Positions 8,980-18,567 of a stretch of DNA of 64,000 nt are shown piece by piece (position 1 is the stretch's first letter; every line of letters starts with the position of its first letter). The notes beneath the pieces are model-generated. The model saw only the letters and a program-made list of their open reading frames with translations, did not search any database and was not told where the DNA came from. The stretch lies in NCBI GenBank assembly GCA_029858565.1, contig JAOUEV010000004.1, positions 1 through 64,000 on the forward strand, written 5' to 3'. The translations under genes were made by a program, and so were the position numbers. This DNA is from Nitrospirota bacterium (lineage in GTDB: Bacteria > Nitrospirota > UBA9217).

Positions 8980-9891
8980 GTGCAGCAGAACGAACAAAGC
9001 GACATTATGCGTCAGCGGATCCGCTCTCTCCGGGAGAGCGCGGATTTCCTGTCGGCGGTCTTCGAAAGCCTCGTGGGGTACGCGATCATTGCCGCCGACT
9101 TCGACGGCAATATCCTCGCTTACAACGAGGGCGCTCATCAGATCTACGGGTATGCGCCGGAGGAAGTCATCGGCCGGAACAGCATCGAGCTGTTCGTTCC
9201 GCGGGACGCCACGGGGCCGGGTATGCTGCAGGACGTGATCCGGGAGTTGCTCAGCCGGGGACGATATTCCTATGAAGGGGAACGGATCAGAAAGGACGGT
9301 TCGGCCTTCCCCGCGGATGTCCTCGCCACCCTTACCAGGGACAACAACGGCCAGTTCATCGGCTTCGTGGAACTGGTCCGGGACCTTTCGGAGCAGAAAA
9401 AGATGGAAGCCCTGCAGGTGCGGGAGAAAACGGAGCGCATAGAACAGCTGGAGGAGGAATTGCGATCCCTTGCAGGCCTTTCCAATCTTCCGCAAACGAG
9501 CGTGACCGCCAGGATGTACGGCGTGATGACCCTGCTTGAAGGCGCCCCTGATATCTTCCAGGAACTGGCCGGTCGATATAAGGAACTTATGGACCTGGCG
9601 CTGGAACAGCGGTTATTCAAGGTCAAGCATGATATATCCGGCCCCCTCAGGGCCATCTCGGAAACACTCGGCTTTTACCGTGCAGGGCCGCGCGACGTTG
9701 TGGACATCCATGCAGCTGCCCTGAAAGAGAAGATCAGGACGGCCGAGAGCAGTGAGAAAAAGAAGGCCTATACAGGCGAGGGATGGATCATGGTCCTGGA
9801 ACTCATGGGGGACCTGGCGTCGTTTTACCGCAACCGCGCGCAGCGGGCGGCCTCGCCGGCGGGCGAGGATGCAGACATGACGAAATCATAA
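8980..9891 (+). CDS. PAS domain fused to a KaiA-like (KaiA3-type) C-terminal domain
   Basis: GTG 8980 preceded by GGAG (alternative ATG 9007); PAS (YAIIAAD.DG.I..YN.GA..IYGY.PEEVIG...RKDGS.FP), coiled coil, then RYKELM...RDVVDIH...VLELMGDLASFYR resembling the KaiA C-terminal helices; directly upstream of kaiB-kaiC. Confidence 0.75.
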   Translation: MQQNEQSDIMRQRIRSLRESADFLSAVFESLVGYAIIAADFDGNILAYNEGAHQIYGYAPEEVIGRNSIELFVPRDATGPGMLQDVIRELLSRGRYSYEGERIRKDGSAFPADVLATLTRDNNGQFIGFVELVRDLSEQKKMEALQVREKTERIEQLEEELRSLAGLSNLPQTSVTARMYGVMTLLEGAPDIFQELAGRYKELMDLALEQRLFKVKHDISGPLRAISETLGFYRAGPRDVVDIHAAALKEKIRTAESSEKKKAYTGEGWIMVLELMGDLASFYRNRAQRAASPAGEDADMTKS

Positions 9892-9905
9892 AAAGAGGAT
9901 ATGAA

Positions 9906-10016
9906 CCGCGGAGACGCTGAGGCGCGGAGAAAACCAAGAGACAAAGAAATGGTTTAGTTTTCAAACCGGAATCAAAGCTGTTGACCTTCTCGTCGCCTCC
10001 GCGTCTCTGCGGTGAA
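9906..10016. repeat. Intergenic inverted-repeat element, family A
   Basis: CCGCGGAGACGCTGAGGCGCGGAGA pairs with TCTCGTCGCCTCCGCGTCTCTGCGG across an AT-richer spacer. Confidence 0.75.
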
Positions 10017-10057
10017 AACGTTTTCGTTCCGGCTTGTCCGGGTTGAGGAGGAACACC

Positions 10058-10366
10058 ATGAACAAATTCAAACTGCGGCTGTACATCACCGGCAAGACGC
10101 CGAAATCGGAGCGGGCCATAGCGAACCTGGAGGACATCTGCAAAAGGGAGCTGGAGGGGCTCTATGAACTGCAGATCATCGACGTGCTGGAGCATCCGCA
10201 GCTGGCGGAGGAAGAAAAGATCCTCGCCACGCCGACCCTGATCAAGGACCTGCCGCCGCCGCTCAAACGGATCATCGGCGACCTGTCGAATGCGGAAAAG
10301 GTCCTGCTCGGGCTCGATCTCATGCCCGCGGAAAACGGCACGAAGCGGAAGGAGGGGAAGCAATGA
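10058..10366 (+). CDS. kaiB: Circadian clock protein KaiB homologue
   Basis: [60 protein letters not shown]; GAGGAGG RBS. Confidence 0.97.
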   Translation: MNKFKLRLYITGKTPKSERAIANLEDICKRELEGLYELQIIDVLEHPQLAEEEKILATPTLIKDLPPPLKRIIGDLSNAEKVLLGLDLMPAENGTKRKEGKQ

Positions 10367-11877
10367 CGGCAATCAACGAGCATAGGTTTGTCGAAAAAAC
10401 CGAAACCGGCATCGAGGGTTTCGACATGATAAGCGAGGGAGGGCTGCCCAAGGGCCGCACCACGCTGATTGCAGGCACCTCGGGAAGCGCCAAGACCGTC
10501 TTTGCCGTCCAGTTTCTCAGTGAAGGGATCGTAAAGAATGACGAGGCGGGCGTATTCGTCACCTTTGAAGAGCCGCCCGACGATATCCGGAAGAATGTCA
10601 TGTCACTTGGCTGGAACGTGGCGGATTGGGAGCAGGAGGGGAAGTGGGCCTTTGTGGACGCCTCGCCCCAGCCCGGAGAGAGCGATGTCATAGCAGGGGA
10701 ATACGACCTGAGCGCGCTCCTTGCGCGTATCGAACATGCGGTGCGCAAAACAGGCGCCACGCGGTTGAGCATGGATTCACTGGGCGCCATGTTCGGACGT
10801 TTCAGCGATGCAGGGCTGGTGCGGAGCGAGCTCTTTAAGATCGCCTCCGCGATAAAACAGATGGGCGTGACCGGCATCATCACCGCGGAGCGCACCGAGG
10901 AGTATGGCGAGGTGGCGCGGTTCGGCATCGAGGAGTTCGTCGCCGACAACGTGATCATCTTGCGGAATGTGCTGGAATCGGAAAAAAGACGCCGTACCAT
11001 GGAGATCCTCAAGTTCCGCGGCACAAGCCACCAGAAGGGGGAATACCCTTTTACGGTGATCAAGGACGTCGGCATCGTGGCCATCCCGCTCTCCGGGATA
11101 GAGCTGAAACAGCGCTCTTCCACGGTGCGCATCAGCTCCGGCAATAGCGAACTGGACAATATGTGCGGCGGCGGCTTTTTCCGCGATTCGATCATCCTGG
11201 TGTCAGGCGCAACAGGCTGCGGCAAGACCATGCTTTCCGCCGAGTTTGCCGGAGACGCCGCACGGAACGGGCAAAAAGCCCTGATACTGGCCTTTGAAGA
11301 AAGCAGGGAGCAGCTCTTCCGAAACGCAAGCGGCTGGGGCATAGACTTTGAACAGATGGAGAACGACGGGGCGCTCAAGGTGGTTTGCCAGTATCCGGAA
11401 ACCCAGGGACTGGAAGACCATCTCATCAACATAAAGCACACCATACTGGACTTCAGGCCCAACCGGGTCGTCGTGGACTCTCTCTCTGCGTTGGAGCGCG
11501 TCTCCACGATAAAAGGGTTCCGGGAATTCGTCATAGCCCTGACCTCGTTTATCAAACACCAGGAGATCGCCGGGCTCTTTACGTCCACAACCGGCGAACT
11601 CATGGGCGGGACCTCGGTCACGGAAGCGCACATTTCGACCATTACCGACACCATCATCCTCCTGCGCTACGTGGAGATGTTCGGAGAGATGCGGCGCGGC
11701 ATCACGGCGCTCAAGATGCGCGGCTCCATGCATGACAAGGACATCCGCGAATTCAACATCGACGGCAAAGGCATGCATATCGGCAAGGCATTTAAAAACG
11801 TCACCGGCATACTCTCCGGCCATCCCAAGTTCAGCACGACCGAAGAGGTGGACCGGATCTCGGAACTGTTCAAGTAG
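10363..11877 (+). CDS. kaiC: Double-domain circadian clock ATPase/kinase KaiC homologue
   Basis: Two RecA-like domains: Walker A GTSGSAKT and [11 protein letters not shown] pairs, KFRG/KMRG, phosphosite motif HISTITD, A-loop-like GILSGHP. Confidence 0.97.
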   Translation: MTAINEHRFVEKTETGIEGFDMISEGGLPKGRTTLIAGTSGSAKTVFAVQFLSEGIVKNDEAGVFVTFEEPPDDIRKNVMSLGWNVADWEQEGKWAFVDASPQPGESDVIAGEYDLSALLARIEHAVRKTGATRLSMDSLGAMFGRFSDAGLVRSELFKIASAIKQMGVTGIITAERTEEYGEVARFGIEEFVADNVIILRNVLESEKRRRTMEILKFRGTSHQKGEYPFTVIKDVGIVAIPLSGIELKQRSSTVRISSGNSELDNMCGGGFFRDSIILVSGATGCGKTMLSAEFAGDAARNGQKALILAFEESREQLFRNASGWGIDFEQMENDGALKVVCQYPETQGLEDHLINIKHTILDFRPNRVVVDSLSALERVSTIKGFREFVIALTSFIKHQEIAGLFTSTTGELMGGTSVTEAHISTITDTIILLRYVEMFGEMRRGITALKMRGSMHDKDIREFNIDGKGMHIGKAFKNVTGILSGHPKFSTTEEVDRISELFK

Positions 11878-11923
11878 GCGGGAACAGGCGGGGTGGGCCG
11901 CGAACAAGGAGCAAAGGAGGCAG

Positions 11924-14857
11924 ATGGAAAGGCCGCTCAAAGTGCTGCTGGTCGTGAAAGACCCAGCGCGTTCCCATGAACTGGAGAGCCTGCTGGGACG
12001 GGGCGGGCGCGGCCGGATCGAACTCTTGCCCGCGGGACCGGAGAGCGTCGCGCCGGTCTGGACGGCCGGACCGGCGGACCTTGCCGTCGTCGATATCGAC
12101 GGATTCGAAGAACAGGAGTTTGCGATCAATATCCGCGCCTGCATCCGGGACGCCGAGGTCCCCGTGATCACGCTGGGAAGCGCGGAGGACGAAGCGTTCG
12201 CGGGCAAGGTCCTGCGGGCCGGGGCACAGGATTATCTGGTCAAGAAGCGCCTGCACGCGGAGATGCTGCTGCGGGTCTTTCGCTACGCCATCGAGCGCAC
12301 CCGGGCGGAGAAACTGGCGCGCGGAAGCGCGGTCGGGCTGCGCACGATCGTCACGCACAACGCCGATGCCATTATCGTCATGGACGAGAAGGGCGTTGTG
12401 CGGTACGTCAATCCGGCCGCGGAGGCGCTGTTCCGCGTCAAAGCGGATGTGTTCATCGGGAGCTGTTTCGGACATCCTGTTCTGGGCGCCGAGACGGCGG
12501 AGATCGACATCGTCCGCCGCGACGGGCCGTGCGTCGCGGAGATGCGGACGGTCAGGATCGAGTGGGAGGGGAAGCCGGCGATGCTGGCGACCCTGCGGGA
12601 CATCACCGAGCGGAAGCGAATGGAGCAGGCCCTTCGGACGAGCGAAGACCGGTTCAGAAAACTGGTCGAATCGACGACGGACTACATCTACAGCGTCACG
12701 GTGCGTGAGGGGAAAGCGGTTGAATCGGAGCACGGACCCGGCTGCATTGCGGTGACGGGGTTTACGTCCGAGGACTACCGGGCGGACCCCTATCTCTGGT
12801 ACCGGATGATCCACAATGAGGACCGGAACGCCGTTGTCGGGCACGCGGAAAGCGTTCTTGCCGGCAAGGCCGGTCCGCCGCTTGAGCACCGGCTCTTCCG
12901 GAAGGACGGCGGCGTCGTCTGGGTGAAGAACGCGCTGGTCCCTCATTACGATCAGGCCGGACGGCTCCAGTCCTATGACGGGATGATCACCGATATTACC
13001 GAGCGAAAAAAGTTCGAACTCGCGCTCGCGGAAAGCGAAAACAGGTTCCGGCAGCTCGTGGAAAGCTCTCCCGCCATCGTGTACGTATACTGCGTCGGAA
13101 CAGGGGGCGTGTACTATTCGCCGCGGGTGGAACAGGTCCTCGGTTATTCACCGGAATACTTATACGAACATCCCCTGGTCTGGCACGATTCGATCCACGC
13201 GGAAGACCGGGAGAGGGTCGAGCAGGCCATAGGGGAGTTCGCGCAGAACCGGTCCTTCGAGGTAGAATACCGCGTCCGCGACGCGGCGGGAACCTGGCAT
13301 TGGCTCTATGACCGGTCCATTGGCGGCGGCGCGGACGAGCGGGGACTGATCATTGAGGGCATGGCGCTGGACATCACCGAGCGCAAGACGGCGGAGGAGA
13401 AGGTGCTTGCGCACAGCCGTGATCTCGGAAAGATCGCGGAATCCGCCGTGACCCTCAGCACCCTTCCGCTTACGGAAAATATCTATGAAACGATCTGCGA
13501 CACGCTGATGCGCATTTTTGACATTTCGATGACATGGCTGGGCATGGCCGAAGGCGCCGGCGGCATCATGCCGGTTGCGCAGTCCGGCAGCGGCGAGGTC
13601 GACCGGAGGACCATCGAGTTCATCTGGAACGAATCCTATAAAGACCAACGGCCCGCGGCTGCGGCGGAGCGGACCGGAAAGCCTCAGCTGATGAACGACT
13701 TGCAGGCGGAGACGGGGGGCGGGCGCTGGCGCGACGACGCGCTGCGGATCGGTTACCGGTCGGCGGTCGCGCTGCCGCTGGCCAATGCCGGCGGCAAGGT
13801 CATCGGGGTCGTCAGTCTCTACAGCTGCGAGCCGCTCGCCTTTTCCAGGGACAAAATGGAGCTGCTGCAGATTTTCACGGCCCATGCGGAAGGCGTGATC
13901 GAGCGAAGGCTGCTGATCGAAAATCTCGAAAAGACCGTGTCGGAAAGGACCCGCGAGCTCCGGGAATCCATGCTCCATGCGGAGTCGGCCACGCGCGCAA
14001 AGTCCGATTTCCTCGCCAACATGTCCCACGAACTGCGGACGCCGCTCAATTCCGTGCTCGGTTTTTCCGAGGTGCTCATGGACAAGCTGTACGGCCCGCT
14101 GAGCGAAAAACAGGATGACTATGTCAAAAACATCTTTCACAGCGGCAAGCACCTGCTCTCCCTGATCAACGACATCCTGGACCTCTCGAAGGTGGAATCG
14201 GGCAAACTGACGCTCGAGTTGTCGCGCGTCAGGATGGCGCACATAATGAAGAATTCCGTGGTGATGGTGCGGGAGAAAGCCATGAAACACGGCATATCCC
14301 TTGACGTGGAAATGTCTCCCGATGCTGACATCGAGGTCGAAACGGACGAACGGAAGCTTAAACAGGTCTTATACAACCTTCTAAGCAACGCGGTCAAGTT
14401 CACGCCGGACAAGGGGTCCGTGCGGGTGATGGCAAGGCGCGTAAGGAGTGAAACATCAGGGAGTGGGAGTGAGGCATCAGGGGTGAGGGGTGAGGAGTTC
14501 GGGGTTAGGAGTGCAGCGCAAGACGTTTCACCCCTTACACCTAACCCCTTGCCGGATTTTCTGGAAATTTCCGTGGCAGACACCGGCATCGGCATCAAGG
14601 CGGCTGACATGGGCAAGCTTTTCAAACCTTTTTCGCAGCTCGAAGGCGCCTATACCAAGACCTACGAGGGCACCGGCCTCGGGCTGGCGCTCAGCAAACG
14701 GCTCGTTGAATTTCTCGGCGGAAGGATATGGGTGAAGAGCGAATTCGGGAAGGGTTGCATGTTTGCTTTTACGCTGCCGGTGAAGACGCCAAGCGCGATG
14801 CGCGATATGAACGACCGCGAAAAGATGGATGATGAGCAACAGGAAGCTTGGCCGTGA
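11924..14857 (+). CDS. Cytoplasmic histidine kinase: atypical REC, three PAS, GAF, HisKA, HATPase
   Basis: AGGAGG RBS; DITERK PAS ends; H-box ANMSHELRTPL, NLLSNAVKF, DTGIG, GTGLGL. Confidence 0.93.
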   Translation: MERPLKVLLVVKDPARSHELESLLGRGGRGRIELLPAGPESVAPVWTAGPADLAVVDIDGFEEQEFAINIRACIRDAEVPVITLGSAEDEAFAGKVLRAGAQDYLVKKRLHAEMLLRVFRYAIERTRAEKLARGSAVGLRTIVTHNADAIIVMDEKGVVRYVNPAAEALFRVKADVFIGSCFGHPVLGAETAEIDIVRRDGPCVAEMRTVRIEWEGKPAMLATLRDITERKRMEQALRTSEDRFRKLVESTTDYIYSVTVREGKAVESEHGPGCIAVTGFTSEDYRADPYLWYRMIHNEDRNAVVGHAESVLAGKAGPPLEHRLFRKDGGVVWVKNALVPHYDQAGRLQSYDGMITDITERKKFELALAESENRFRQLVESSPAIVYVYCVGTGGVYYSPRVEQVLGYSPEYLYEHPLVWHDSIHAEDRERVEQAIGEFAQNRSFEVEYRVRDAAGTWHWLYDRSIGGGADERGLIIEGMALDITERKTAEEKVLAHSRDLGKIAESAVTLSTLPLTENIYETICDTLMRIFDISMTWLGMAEGAGGIMPVAQSGSGEVDRRTIEFIWNESYKDQRPAAAAERTGKPQLMNDLQAETGGGRWRDDALRIGYRSAVALPLANAGGKVIGVVSLYSCEPLAFSRDKMELLQIFTAHAEGVIERRLLIENLEKTVSERTRELRESMLHAESATRAKSDFLANMSHELRTPLNSVLGFSEVLMDKLYGPLSEKQDDYVKNIFHSGKHLLSLINDILDLSKVESGKLTLELSRVRMAHIMKNSVVMVREKAMKHGISLDVEMSPDADIEVETDERKLKQVLYNLLSNAVKFTPDKGSVRVMARRVRSETSGSGSEASGVRGEEFGVRSAAQDVSPLTPNPLPDFLEISVADTGIGIKAADMGKLFKPFSQLEGAYTKTYEGTGLGLALSKRLVEFLGGRIWVKSEFGKGCMFAFTLPVKTPSAMRDMNDREKMDDEQQEAWP
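14441..14550. repeat. Heptamer-built palindromic insertion in frame within the kinase ATPase domain
   Basis: GTAAGGA/GTGAGGC/GTGAGGG/GTGAGGA/GTTAGGA units followed by complementary CGTTTCA CCCCTTA CACCTAA CCCCTT. Confidence 0.7.
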
Positions 14858-14880
14858 CGAATGAATGACAAGGAGCGCGT

Positions 14881-16266
14881 ATGGAAAAGCTGCTCATTAT
14901 AGACGACGACCCTCTGGACAGGAAGCTTCTCACCGACGTTCTCAGGAGTTACGGCTACGCGGTGGAAACCGCAGCAGACGGCCCGGAGGGTCTCGCAAAA
15001 GCCAGGGAAATCCGGCCCGATATCGTATTGCTCGACGTCATGATGCCCGGCATGAACGGATTCGAAGTGACCGCGCAGTTGAAACAAGATCAGGCCACCG
15101 CAATCGTTCCGGTCATCCTTATGACCTGCCTGAACGACACCGAGAACAAGGTGAGAGGCTTTGACGCTGGCGCCGATGACTTTCTCTCAAAGCCTTTTGA
15201 CCGTATGGAGTTGCGGACAAGGGTCCGATCGCTGCTGAAGCTCAAATTTCTGAGCGACCGTTTACAGGCAGAGAAGGAACCGTACGAATTCACCCGGGAC
15301 TGCATCCGCGGAACGGGGAAGGATGAAAAAGGCGCGGTCCTGATCATTGAGGACGACGAAGGATCGATAGAGCATTACCGGGAGATACTGACGTCGAACG
15401 GCCACGCGTGCCTGATTGCAAAGACCGGGAACGAAGGAGTCTCACTCCTGGAGCATGCTGCAATCGATATCGTTATTCTCGATCTCATGCTGCCTGATCT
15501 CCACGGTCTTGAGGTCCTGAAACTGATGCGGGCCAATCCTGCGGCAGCCGATATACCGGTCATCATCGTGTCGCTTGTGAGCGATCAGGAGATGCGCGTG
15601 GCTGGGATCGATCAGGGGGCCGATGATTATCTCGTAAAGCCGGTCAACCACCTGGAACTGCTGGCTCGTATACGCACAAATCTGCGCAAGACGGCCATCC
15701 GGCGCAAACTCGCGCAAGGGGTGGAGGCCTATTTCCATCATTCCGTCACGGATTCCCTTACCGGGCTGTACAACCGGTTCTACCTGAAGTCCGTCATGCA
15801 GAGGACCATGGCGCTTTCGAAGCGGTTCCACCGGCGCCATTGCCTGTTCATGGTCGACATCGACGACTTCAAGAGCATCAATGATACCTTCGGACATCTC
15901 GCGGGCGACAGCGTGCTCAAGGAAATGGGCGCGATCCTGCGGGAGATGGTGCGAACGTGCGACATTGCGGTGCGATACGGCGGCGAGGAATTTGCCGTGC
16001 TTTTGACGGACAGCAACATGGAAGGCGCCTATCAGTTCGCCGAACGTCTGAGGCAGAGGATCCAAGCATGCCGGCTGGAGGGCATCGGGGATAGGATCAT
16101 AACGGTCAGCATCGGTGTCGCGGAGTTCCGGCCGCATGATGTTCGCCTGGAGGACATCATCAAGCGCGCCGACGATGCGCTGTATGTGGCGAAAAAGGCC
16201 GGCAAGAACAGGGTGGCGCGGTCTTGCCTGGGATGCGGCGGCGGATACGCCGCTGTAAATCAGTAG
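14881..16266 (+). CDS. PleD-like diguanylate cyclase (REC-REC-GGDEF)
   Basis: Two receivers; DSLTGLYNR, DIDDFK.IND.FGH, RxxD I-site (RTCD) before RYGGEEF. Confidence 0.95.
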   Translation: MEKLLIIDDDPLDRKLLTDVLRSYGYAVETAADGPEGLAKAREIRPDIVLLDVMMPGMNGFEVTAQLKQDQATAIVPVILMTCLNDTENKVRGFDAGADDFLSKPFDRMELRTRVRSLLKLKFLSDRLQAEKEPYEFTRDCIRGTGKDEKGAVLIIEDDEGSIEHYREILTSNGHACLIAKTGNEGVSLLEHAAIDIVILDLMLPDLHGLEVLKLMRANPAAADIPVIIVSLVSDQEMRVAGIDQGADDYLVKPVNHLELLARIRTNLRKTAIRRKLAQGVEAYFHHSVTDSLTGLYNRFYLKSVMQRTMALSKRFHRRHCLFMVDIDDFKSINDTFGHLAGDSVLKEMGAILREMVRTCDIAVRYGGEEFAVLLTDSNMEGAYQFAERLRQRIQACRLEGIGDRIITVSIGVAEFRPHDVRLEDIIKRADDALYVAKKAGKNRVARSCLGCGGGYAAVNQ

Positions 16267-16272
16267 CCGTCC

Positions 16273-18567
16273 GTGGAAATGGCTATGACGGAAACGCAGG
16301 AACAGAACGAATGTAAGGGGCCGGCTCCGGCAGGGCTCGGCAAGGAGGCGAGCAAGGAGCTGCCGCTTGATATGCGTCTGTTGTCGGACGCCGTCATCGA
16401 GCTGAACATCTCCCGCAAGAACGTCGGCATTTATCCTCCCGGCCATGTCCAGATCGAGAAAAGCATCACCCGCGCCTACGAAGCCTTGCTCAAACTGTTC
16501 GAGGTCGCTGCGCAGATGACGCTCGGCGTTGCCAAGGACACGCTGTTTGTGGGGCAGGACTATCTGGACCGCTTAAATCCCGTGTATCGCGACTTTGCGC
16601 TTTCCCTCTCCCGGCAGGGCATCGCGGCAGTGACCTTCTGCCGCGGGCTGGACGAGCCTGAGCTGGTACGCTTCCACCGGATCATCACGACGAGGCCTGA
16701 AGAGATCAAATCGCGGGGCGGTATAGCGGCAGCCGTCGAGGAATCTGATACCCCCCATATTCTCATTACTCCCATTGATTACGCGGGATTTCATGTCACC
16801 GACGAGCAGGAGGTCAGGCGCGACGGCAGTGCCGGGCCGAAAGGAGAAGAAGGCGTCGGTCTGTGGGGGGATTTTGTTTCCCATCTTTCCGCGGGGAACA
16901 TTGCCGTGGCGGGAAAGGACGTCTGGGTCGCTCTCAAAGACGCGGAGCAGGCGGACCCGGCCGAGCTGGCGCGGCTGCTGAACGAGCGGAAACTCGATCC
17001 GCAGGCCGTGCTGCAGAGCTACGACCGGGTCATCTCGAGCCACGTGCGGGTCCGGGCGGAACAGAAGCAGCTGAACAGGGGGCAGACGGACACGCTGCGG
17101 AGCCTGAACAGCCTGCTGAAGGACCTGCATCCCGATCTCCGGAAGCAGTTCCTTGCCGTCACCTTCGAGCGGACTGTCGATGCATCGCCTGCGGTGACCG
17201 AAGAGGTCATGGGCGGGATGACCGATGATATGGTTATCGATATGCTTCAGCAGGCGAACGCCCAAGGACATGAGATATCGCCCACGCTCACCGGATTGCT
17301 GCAAAAGCTCGCCAGCGCGAGATACGCATCGGCAGGAACGGCCGCCGGGGGAGAGGCGGCTTCAGGAGAACCGATAGCGCCGCTCTCGCAGGACCAGGTA
17401 CAGGCGCTGTTCAACCGGGAGAACTACGAACAGTACGTTTCTCCCGAATACCAAGAAACGCTGACGCGCGTATCGGGCGGTCAAAGGGAAATGCCGGCCG
17501 CCGGAGAAGGCGCATTCCCGATCGAAGAATATGCCGCCACCATGACCGAGGAGCGGCTTGATTACCAGATCGGCAAGGTGCTGCTTGGGTTTATCGATGC
17601 GGACGTCGCTGATGACGATTACGGCGAATTCCTGAAAAAGGCGGTTTCGAACCTTCCCGAACTGGTACGCTCCGAACAGTTCGCTCTGCTCCACGATACC
17701 TATGAAACGCTTCGTTCTCACAGCAGGGAAAAGAAATCCGCAGCCAATCGCTCAATGGCCGATTATGCGCTCTGCAGCTTTCGGACCCCTGAATTCATCG
17801 GATCGGTTGCCGAGGCCTGGATTGCCTGCACTTCCAGGGAAAAGGCGAAGGTTGCGGCGAATTTCCTGCTTTCGCTCGGGAAGGACGCGTTGCCGCTGCT
17901 GCTCGACATCTTCAGCCGCGACGAGGCTGCCGGAGGCAGACGGCCGGTGTTCGATCTTCTCTGCCGGTTCGGCAACGCAGCGGTGCAGGAAGCGGTAAAA
18001 CGGCTCGACGACAAGCGGCCATTGTATGTCCGGAACCTCCTGATGCTGATCCGCTGGGGATGGGATGCTTCCGTGGTCAATTCGATCCGTCCGCTGGCCC
18101 GTCATAAGGAGCGGCAGGTCAGGCTGGAGGCGGTCACCGCCCTGCTGAGATTCCACGACGCCGCCGCGATCCCGGCGCTTCGCGCGCTGATCGCGGATGA
18201 CGACCCCGATGTGGCGGCGCAGGCGGCGGCGATTGCCGGGCAGTACCGCGTGCGCGCGGTCGTTGATCTCCTGCACGGCAAACTCAAGAAAGCGATCTTT
18301 TTCGAAAGCGATTACCGCGACAATGAGGACGTCATTCGGGTGCTGGGCGAGATCGGCGATACCAACTCGGTCCCGGAACTCGAGCGGATCGCGAAGGGCG
18401 GCTGGCCGCTCTTTCCGCAGAGCCGCGACCGCATGAAAGCGGTCCTCTTCGAATCGCTGGGACGCTATCCGCGATCGGACATCGCCGGGCTCATTGCCAT
18501 TGGGATGCAATCGGGTAATCCGCGTATCATGCGTGCCGCTTCCAGACTGAGGGTGCCGAAACCGTGA
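16273..18567 (+). CDS. HEAT-repeat protein
   Basis: C-terminal helical repeats (DKRPLYVRNLLMLI, QVRLEAVTALLR, DDDPDVAAQAA); overlaps the HD-GYP start. Confidence 0.8.
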   Translation: MEMAMTETQEQNECKGPAPAGLGKEASKELPLDMRLLSDAVIELNISRKNVGIYPPGHVQIEKSITRAYEALLKLFEVAAQMTLGVAKDTLFVGQDYLDRLNPVYRDFALSLSRQGIAAVTFCRGLDEPELVRFHRIITTRPEEIKSRGGIAAAVEESDTPHILITPIDYAGFHVTDEQEVRRDGSAGPKGEEGVGLWGDFVSHLSAGNIAVAGKDVWVALKDAEQADPAELARLLNERKLDPQAVLQSYDRVISSHVRVRAEQKQLNRGQTDTLRSLNSLLKDLHPDLRKQFLAVTFERTVDASPAVTEEVMGGMTDDMVIDMLQQANAQGHEISPTLTGLLQKLASARYASAGTAAGGEAASGEPIAPLSQDQVQALFNRENYEQYVSPEYQETLTRVSGGQREMPAAGEGAFPIEEYAATMTEERLDYQIGKVLLGFIDADVADDDYGEFLKKAVSNLPELVRSEQFALLHDTYETLRSHSREKKSAANRSMADYALCSFRTPEFIGSVAEAWIACTSREKAKVAANFLLSLGKDALPLLLDIFSRDEAAGGRRPVFDLLCRFGNAAVQEAVKRLDDKRPLYVRNLLMLIRWGWDASVVNSIRPLARHKERQVRLEAVTALLRFHDAAAIPALRALIADDDPDVAAQAAAIAGQYRVRAVVDLLHGKLKKAIFFESDYRDNEDVIRVLGEIGDTNSVPELERIAKGGWPLFPQSRDRMKAVLFESLGRYPRSDIAGLIAIGMQSGNPRIMRAASRLRVPKP

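Noticed and set aside
11732-11923. Kinase ORF extension overlapping the kaiC 3' end
   Set aside because: Strong AGGAGG before ATG 11924; the extension looks like out-of-frame translation
11924-12300. SasA-like KaiB-fold input domain on the kinase after kaiC
   Set aside because: The sequence follows a receiver pattern (PVI.L...AGAQDYLVK), not a KaiB/thioredoxin pattern
14441-14550. Intein or intron in the kinase
   Set aside because: Too short, with no splicing motifs; better explained as a palindromic repeat insertion
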